Positions 58,586 to 64,000 of a stretch of 64,000 bases of DNA are shown one piece after another. Numbering within the stretch: position 1 is the stretch's first letter; each line of letters opens with the position of its first letter. Under the pieces are notes generated by a model. It was not told where the DNA came from. It worked only from the letters and a program-made list of their open reading frames with translations, and ran no database searches. Position numbers and translations under genes: made by a program. Source of the stretch: the human T2T-CHM13v2.0 reference genome, Homo sapiens; the NCBI RefSeq assembly GCF_009914755.1, contig NC_060930.1. One strand, 5' to 3'.

Positions 58586-58737
58586 TGCCATCATTTTTTC
58601 TAATCCTATATCTCACCTATCCCCATCTCCTGAGACTCTTCCACTGTGCTCTCTGAAACTCACATTCAACCACAAGTAAACTCCCATCAGTTCACAAACT
58701 CTTCTGAGAATGTTCCCTTCACCTCCTTGCTCTAAGG

Positions 58738-58905
58738 TAGTTATTCTCAAATTTGGCTGCACTTCAGAATCATCCAAAGCTTAAAACAAACAAACAAACA
58801 AACAAACAAAATACAGGTCCATGGCTCCTACCTCCAGAGGTGGTTATTTAATTAGTCTGGGATATGGTCTACGCATCTGCGGTCAAGTTTGAGAACTACT
58901 TCTCT
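58738..58905. mobile_element. MER5A-like element with (CAAA)n
   Basis: gttattctcaaa...ggctgcac...agaatca...aagtttgagaactact. Confidence 0.6.
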
Positions 58906-59131
58906 AAAGGAACACTGGCTCTCTCCTGAGGACATTACTTGCCCAACAACTCAGAAGCAGATAATTTCTATCCCACTCTCCTTGTACCAATGGGCCTGGA
59001 TGTGGGGTAGATTTTCCTCCTTGCTCATCATCACTGCTTCCAAATAATTCTCTCTCCCTGCTTCCTAAAATATACTAGCTTTTATTCTCATGTCATCAGA
59101 TAATATTAATTATATCCTTTCTGTTAATAGC

Positions 59132-59550
59132 TGTACTAGTCCATTCTTGCATTTCTATTAAGGTAAAGAAATATCTGAGACTGGGTAATTTATAAGAAAA
59201 GAGGTTTAATTGGCTCATGGTTCCACAGGCTGTATAGGAAGCATGGTGGCATCTGCTTTTGGGGAGGCCTCAGGAGGTTTCCAATCATGGCAGAAAGCAA
59301 AGAGGGAGCAGGCATGTCACATGGCAAAAGCAGGAGCAAGAGAGCAAGGCGAGAGGTACCCCACTTTTTAAATGACCAGATCTCACAAGAACTCACTATC
59401 ACGAGGACAGTACCAAGGGGAGTGGTGCTAAACCATTCATGAGAAATCCATCTCCATGATCCAATCACCTTTCACCAGGCCCTATGTCCAACACTGGGGA
59501 TTACATTTCAACATAAGATTTGGGCAGGCACACACATCCAAACCATATCA
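59132..59550 (-). mobile_element. MaLR solo LTR, MST-type
   Basis: ctgagactgggtaatttataagaaaagaggtttaattggctcatggttcc...ccaaaccatatca; 5-bp TSD atagc / atagt. Confidence 0.88.
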
Positions 59551-59559
59551 ATAGTCATG

Positions 59560-61860
59560 GGCCATTCAGTACCCCTGGGTCATTCATTTTCCTTCCTTCT
59601 TTGAAGATTTTTGCCTCTGGATTGCTGTTATTCTCTCTAATACTACTTTTGCCAATTTTTTTGTGATTTCCATATCCTCTTAGATGATATTTCTGATGTT
59701 CTGACTTCCCAGTTCCCTGAACTTCTCTCCTCTCATGATTCTGTCCTTCACACTACCTCAGCCCTCACTTGTATGGTCATACCCTAGTTTTTGCCATTAT
59801 TATAAAAAATTACAACTATCTGTAATTTCAGGTCTCCAACATCATCTTCTATATTTCCAGCTTATTCCCTCTAGAGCTCAAAATCCAACAGTGCTTTGAT
59901 GGCAGCACATTATAATCCATTGATTTTTGTCATCTTCTAATTGGCCTTCACCCTCCTCCTTCCATGCGCTCATTTTCCTTCTCATTCAGCTTAAATTTCA
60001 ATTGCATACACCCTTAATGTCATGCCCATTCTCTCACATGATTGTACTCTCTTGGTCAAATTACAGCCTTGGTTAAATCTCTCTCCCCAGAGAAAAACTC
60101 ATGCCAACTGATCTCATTTCAAATTCATGGTCACTAACTTTAACTGGGCTGTTAATTCTATCAAGAAATCACACTATATTCCTTCGGTCCACTCTCATAT
60201 ACTATTTCATAACTTCTTCTGCCTTATCAAATCACACATCTACCCCATTGCTCCCTGACTCACCAAGAAAATTGAAACAATTTGGGAAGAATTTCCACTA
60301 TCTCTTATCACTTTCATACACCTACTGCATCTTTGCTGGTATATATGACCTTCTCCCCTATCACTAGAAGTAAACTGACTGTGCTTCTAATTAACACAAA
60401 CTTCTTACTTTAGTCACTAAATCCCATCCTCTTTTGACTAGCTAGGACATTGCTCCAGTCTTTTACCTGTTGTTAATGTTTCCCTCCATATTAGCTCATT
60501 CTCATTAGCATACAAACATACTGTTGTTTCTTCCATCTGAACAAGATCCTCCCTTGACTCTACTTCCCCTGGAGATCCCACTTCATTTCTTTCCTTTCCT
60601 GTACAACACAACTCATTTAAAGAATTGCCTATACATACTGTCTCCAATAATCTCTCCCCCTAAGTGAGTGGGATTTCTTTGAGCCCACTCCAACCAGGCT
60701 TCTGCTTCCAGTACTCCACTGAAACTCTTTTATGAAGGCAAATCATGATCTGTCTATTGCTGAATTCAATGGTCAACTCTCACTCCTCATTTTTCTTGAT
60801 CCATCAGCAGCATCTGACACTTTGGATCTTTCTCTCTGCCCTGAAAAATGTTCCACTTTTACTCCAAGATGCCCTACTTGCTGATTTTCCTCTTTCCTCT
60901 CAAACTGTTCATTCTCATTCTTCATTGCTGAGTCCTCCTCATCCTCCCAGTCTCTCAGTGCTGGAATTACCCAGGGCTTAGTCCTTGGACCTCTTATCTT
61001 TTCTATCTAAATTTGCTTTCTTCATGATTTTACTGGATTTCAAGGACTTTAAATAGCATCTATATACATGTGACTTCCAAATTGACAACTCCATCCCAGA
61101 CCTCTTCCCTGAACTCTAGACTCATATTCAAATGCCAAAGTTTCAGATTCAAATCTGAAACTTCCTGTGCAGAGCTATATTTCTGGTTTCCACTTGTCTA
61201 AGCATCTGAAACTTCCTGTACAAAACTATATTTCTAGTTTCCACTTGTCTACTCTCCACCTATAGTCTTCTCCATCTCAGTAAATGACAACCCATTTCCC
61301 ATTTGCTCAGGCAAACAACCTTGGAGTCAGGCTTAGCAAATCTCTTTCTCACATATCCCACATTCAACCTGCCAGCAAATACAATGAGCTCTTCTACACA
61401 ATTTATACAAAATCTTAGCACTTTCCCCCCACCAGCACTGTTATTGCCTGATATGGTTTTGCTCTGTGCCCCCACCCAAATCTCATATTGTAGCTCCCAT
61501 AATTCCCATGTGTTGTGGGAGGGACCCAGTGAGAGATGGTTGAATCATGGGGGCAGGTCTTTCCCATGCTGTTCTCATGATAGTGAATGGGTCTCACGAG
61601 ACTGATGGTTTTAAAAACACGAGATTCTCTGCACAAGCTCTCTCTTTGCCTGGTGCCATCCATGTAAGATGTGACTTGCTCCTCCTTGCCTTCCGCCATG
61701 ATCGTGAGGCCTCTCCAGCCACGTGGAACTATGAATCCAATTAAACTTCTTTCTTTTGTAAATTGTCCAGTCTCAGGTATGTCTTTATCAGCAGCATGAA
61801 AACAGACTAATACACTGCCCTAATCCAAGTCACCATTATCTCTTGTCTGGATTACACAAA
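59560..61860 (+). mobile_element. L2 body fragment, interrupted by a THE1 LTR
   Basis: ggtcataccctag, ttccagtactccactgaaact, aattcaatggtcaa, cagggcttagtccttggacctc, ttctccatctcagtaaatgacaac. Confidence 0.75.
61449..61814 (+). mobile_element. THE1 (C/D-like) solo LTR
   Basis: tgatatggttt...ccccacccaaatctcat...aacagactaataca; TSD ttgcc / ctgcc. Confidence 0.92.
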
Positions 61861-62169
61861 GCTGCCTAGTTTGGTCCCTCTTTCTTTCTAGAGGTTCACA
61901 TTGACTCAGAAACAGGGAAGTAAATAAAGAACTGCTGATGAAGGAAAGGATTCCTCCACTTTCTCTGTTTAACCCAATCACTGTCAATATAATAAAACTA
62001 AAACTGTCTTTAAGTACATAGAGATGGAATTTTTTTAAAAGACATAATGACATTTTTAAATGTTAATAAATAAAGTTATTCATATATATTTATTAAGTAC
62101 CTAATATATGAAGATTCAGATCACCATAAATAATGAAAAAATATCCAAAAGAAAACAAATATCATTTTC

Positions 62170-64000
62170 CTAAAATTCGCTCTTATTTTTAAAATTCCTT
62201 GAAAGATCTTTTAAGTAAAAAGCCAAGTTTTTAAAAAGTAAAAAAGAATATTTGGGAAAATTCAGAAAAAGCATAATGAGAAAGGATTGGCCTTTCCACA
62301 TGTAAAAACATATTATGCTACAACAGTAATTAAAACAATATGGTACCAGAGCATGGAACATGGAATAGTTGGATAAATCTTTGGAGTAAACTAGAAAACC
62401 CAGAAGTAGATTCAAATATTATAGGATAAAAGTGACATTTCATATCATAAGGTAAAATAGCTTGTTCAATTAATGGTTGTTAACTCATTATCTCTCAGTT
62501 ACGAAACCATTTATATCTATTCTACTCTGTGATACTAAGCCTGAGATTCTGCAAATTACATTTCCCAGGCTCCTGTACTAGCTGCTTTCTGTTGGGTTCT
62601 GCTAATTGGAGTCAGTAGAGGAATGTTAAAAGGTGGGATGGGGAGAAAAATTTCCTTTCTACTTTGTCCTGTTTCTGACAATGTTGCTCCAGTAGTAGCA
62701 GTTAGCTGCAGCTCTTGGTTCTTCAGGCCTCCCACAACTAGCCTCATCAAGCTCCCTTAGAGGTACTAGCAGAGGCTGGGCAGTAAGCCCTCTGCAGAGG
62801 GATTCCTCCTCTATAGTCCTATGCACTAGTCATCTTATGTCTTCCCTTTGTTTCCTCAGCCCTAGAGGTGATAGCTGCTTCTTGCAGTTACCATCTCTGG
62901 TTACTTCAGAATTCTCCTTTCACTCTTTTAGGCTTCTAACATCTGTGTAACCAAATCCCTATTAACTCCTTTCTGTTTGAAATATCTAGTGCACTTCCTG
63001 TTTTCCTGACTAGACCCTGACTCTTATGAACAGCCATCCACAAAAAAGTAAAGTAGTTCACTTTAGGATGAATTTCAGATGGGTTAAATATTTAAATAAG
63101 AAAACCTGGTGGAAAAAAGTACTAGAAGAAAATTTGAAAGAAATTTTGTATAATCTAAGAGTGGGAAGGCCTCTCTAATTTTAATCCACATCAGAAGCCA
63201 TAAAACAAAAATTGATGTCTGACTAATAATAGTAATAATAAATTCTGCATAACAAAAAGTGCCAAAAGTGAAGTCAAAATAAAAATAATGAGATAGGAAA
63301 AAATATTTGATTCACAGCTTGTATCAAAAAGAACTAATTTCTTTGTTATACAAAAAGCTCTCATTAATCAATAAAAGACCAACAATTCAATGGAAAAACA
63401 GGCAAAGATAAGAACAGACTAATCACAGAAAAAGCAATACAAATGTCTCTAACAACATTTGAAAAGATGTTCAACCTTACTCATAAGAGAAATGTAAATT
63501 AAAACTACTGGAAAATACCCATTTCACCTATCAGATTGGCAAAGGAATTACAGCACTGAATTGGCAAAACAACTGATAATGTACTGTGTTGGCAGGAATG
63601 TGAGAAACCAGGCCTATGAAGGGCAACTTTGCAAAATCTATCGCAAATTTATATACCATTTGACCCAGCAATTTCAATTCTGGGAATTTAATGAAGAGAA
63701 ATACTCCTACATGTGTGATAATATATATGTATAATATATTAATGGAGCATTGATTGTGATAGCAAAAAACTGGGTACAACTTAAATGTCCTGCAACAGGA
63801 GACTGCACTATGTACCCAAATATACACTCTGACGTCACTGAAATGAATGTAAAATCTCTATGTGTACTAATAGGGAAAAATTTCCAAGCCATATTTGATA
63901 TCAGAAAAAGGCTGATTTCAGTACAATATATATATAATATGCTCTCATTTGTGTAAAAAACAAAAAATATAGTATATGCTTCCATATATTATACCCTTCT
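62170..64000 (+). mobile_element. Ancient L1ME-like fragment, interrupted at about 62490-63027
   Basis: acagtaattaaaacaatatggtac, aaaagatgttcaacctt, tttgacccagcaatttca. Confidence 0.7.
62490..63027 (+). mobile_element. ERVL solo LTR, LTR33-like
   Basis: ctgcaaattacatttcccagg...; 3' end tgtaaccaaatccctatt...gaaatatctag...ctgttttcctgactagaccctgact. Confidence 0.6.

Noticed and set aside
55792-58616. ORFs with reverse-transcriptase and Cys-rich motifs
   Set aside because: Frameshifted fragments of L1 ORF2 in a 5'-truncated element; not an active or novel RT system.

Overview
Primate genomic DNA, almost certainly human. The window lies entirely inside the minus-strand gene FILIP1 (filamin A interacting protein 1; chr6q14 from prior knowledge). 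It holds two coding exons, 31695-31522 (174 nt, AREDVIHM...KPISE) and 22495-22317 (179 nt, LDRLEEKQ...EQERE-R), which by my recollection of the gene structure are exons 3 and 4. Everything else is intron, dense in Alu, L1, L2, MIR, MaLR/ERV LTRs and DNA-transposon fossils. All other ORFs in the track are repeat-derived or chance. I found no new protein-coding system. The most unusual signals are: (i) locally templated DNA rearrangements around exon 4, namely a 118-bp near-perfect palindrome fused to the 5' end of a truncated L1, and a patchwork insert of copied neighbouring sequence that splits a Tigger3a element and puts a 121-bp direct repeat on both sides of exon 4; (ii) a CpG-rich island with a splice donor in intron 4, a candidate promoter for the short FILIP isoform; (iii) a CArG/MCAT cluster with a second donor; (iv) an antisense LTR9-like solo LTR with octamer, CCAAT and TATA intact. 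Repeat family names come from remembered consensus sequences, not from RepeatMasker, and boundaries of old repeats are approximate.
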